Assembly: GCA_040220235.1 (NCBI GenBank)
Contig: JAVJTO010000082.1
Source: Coleofasciculus sp. B1-GNL1-01
GTDB lineage: Bacteria > Cyanobacteriota > Cyanobacteriia > Cyanobacteriales > Coleofasciculaceae
Direction: 5' to 3' (one strand)
Length of the DNA: 64,000 nucleotides
In this document: positions 63,597 to 64,000 of the stretch, one piece after another
Numbering within the stretch: position 1 is the first letter of the stretch
Layout: each line of letters starts with the position of its first letter
Translations under genes and position numbers: made by a program
The notes under the pieces: generated by a model
The model's input: the letters and a program-made list of their open reading frames with translations, nothing else
What the model was told of the DNA's origin: nothing
Databases searched by the model: none

Positions 63597-64000
63597 GGGG
63601 TAGTACCTCCTCAGGGAATTCAAACTTCTGGTGTGGTTGGTCTTGAGGCGCCAGCCAAGCCCGGACTCCTTCGTTGAGCAGAATGTTCTTGGTGTAGAAT
63701 GTCTCAAATTCGGGGTCTTCTGCTGCCCGGATTTCCTGGGACACGAAGTCATACGCCCGCAGGTTTACCGCTAAGCCAATCACACCCACTGAACTCATCC
63801 ACAAGCCTGTCACTGGGACAAACAGCATGAAGAAGTGCAGCCAGCGCTTATTGGAAAAGGCAATCCCGAAAATCTGAGACCAAAAGCGGTTCGCCGTCAC
63901 CATCGAATAGGTTTCTTCGGCTTGGGTGGGGTTAAACGCCCGGAAGGTGTTTGACCCTTCACCGTCTTCAAACAAGGTGTTTTCTACCGTTGCACCGTGA
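63580..64000 (-). CDS. psbD: photosystem II D2 protein (3' part; runs off the window)
   Basis: [21 protein letters not shown]...[12 protein letters not shown]...[10 protein letters not shown]. Confidence 0.99.
   Translation of the reverse strand, partial: HGATVENTLFEDGEGSNTFRAFNPTQAEETYSMVTANRFWSQIFGIAFSNKRWLHFFMLFVPVTGLWMSSVGVIGLAVNLRAYDFVSQEIRAAEDPEFETFYTKNILLNEGVRAWLAPQDQPHQKFEFPEEVLPRGNAL

Noticed and set aside
63597..63752. Extended PsbC N-terminus
   Set aside because: It overlaps psbD; psbC normally starts at the GTG at 63596.

Overview
Chromosomal window from a filamentous cyanobacterium. Evidence: psbD/psbC, dense HIP1 GCGATCGC octamers, and 7-/9-mer tandem repeats with GTAG-type REP/MITE elements. 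An Oscillatoriales/Coleofasciculus-like host is an inference only. The backbone is housekeeping: pdxH, scpA, cugP-like nucleotidyltransferase, speA, aroH, sppA, aroB, recQ, ahcY, pyrF-pyrE, a P-type ATPase and psbDC. Four accessory areas stand out. (1) 11.8-20.3 kb: three paralogous Gly/Ser-rich choice-of-anchor-Q/PEP-CTERM proteins that have no N-terminal signal peptide, interleaved with a TIGR03032-like gene. (2) 30.1-37.1 kb: a defence island with a C-box/controller gene, a doubly deleted Cfr10I-like R-M system, an intact PstI/BsuBI-family REase paired with a 5mC MTase, toxin-less TA remnants and a NERD-SF1 helicase-pentapeptide gene. (3) 46.3-47.9 kb: a LexA-box promoter before small conserved hypothetical genes, followed by a divergent 6S-like structured RNA. 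(4) 50.4-55.1 kb: decayed conflict genes (NB-ARC-like ATPase cut by an ISKra4 fragment, Trypco remnant plus chimeric trypsin protease, one dead and one intact vapBC). Family assignments come from motif recognition by eye; no database search was run.
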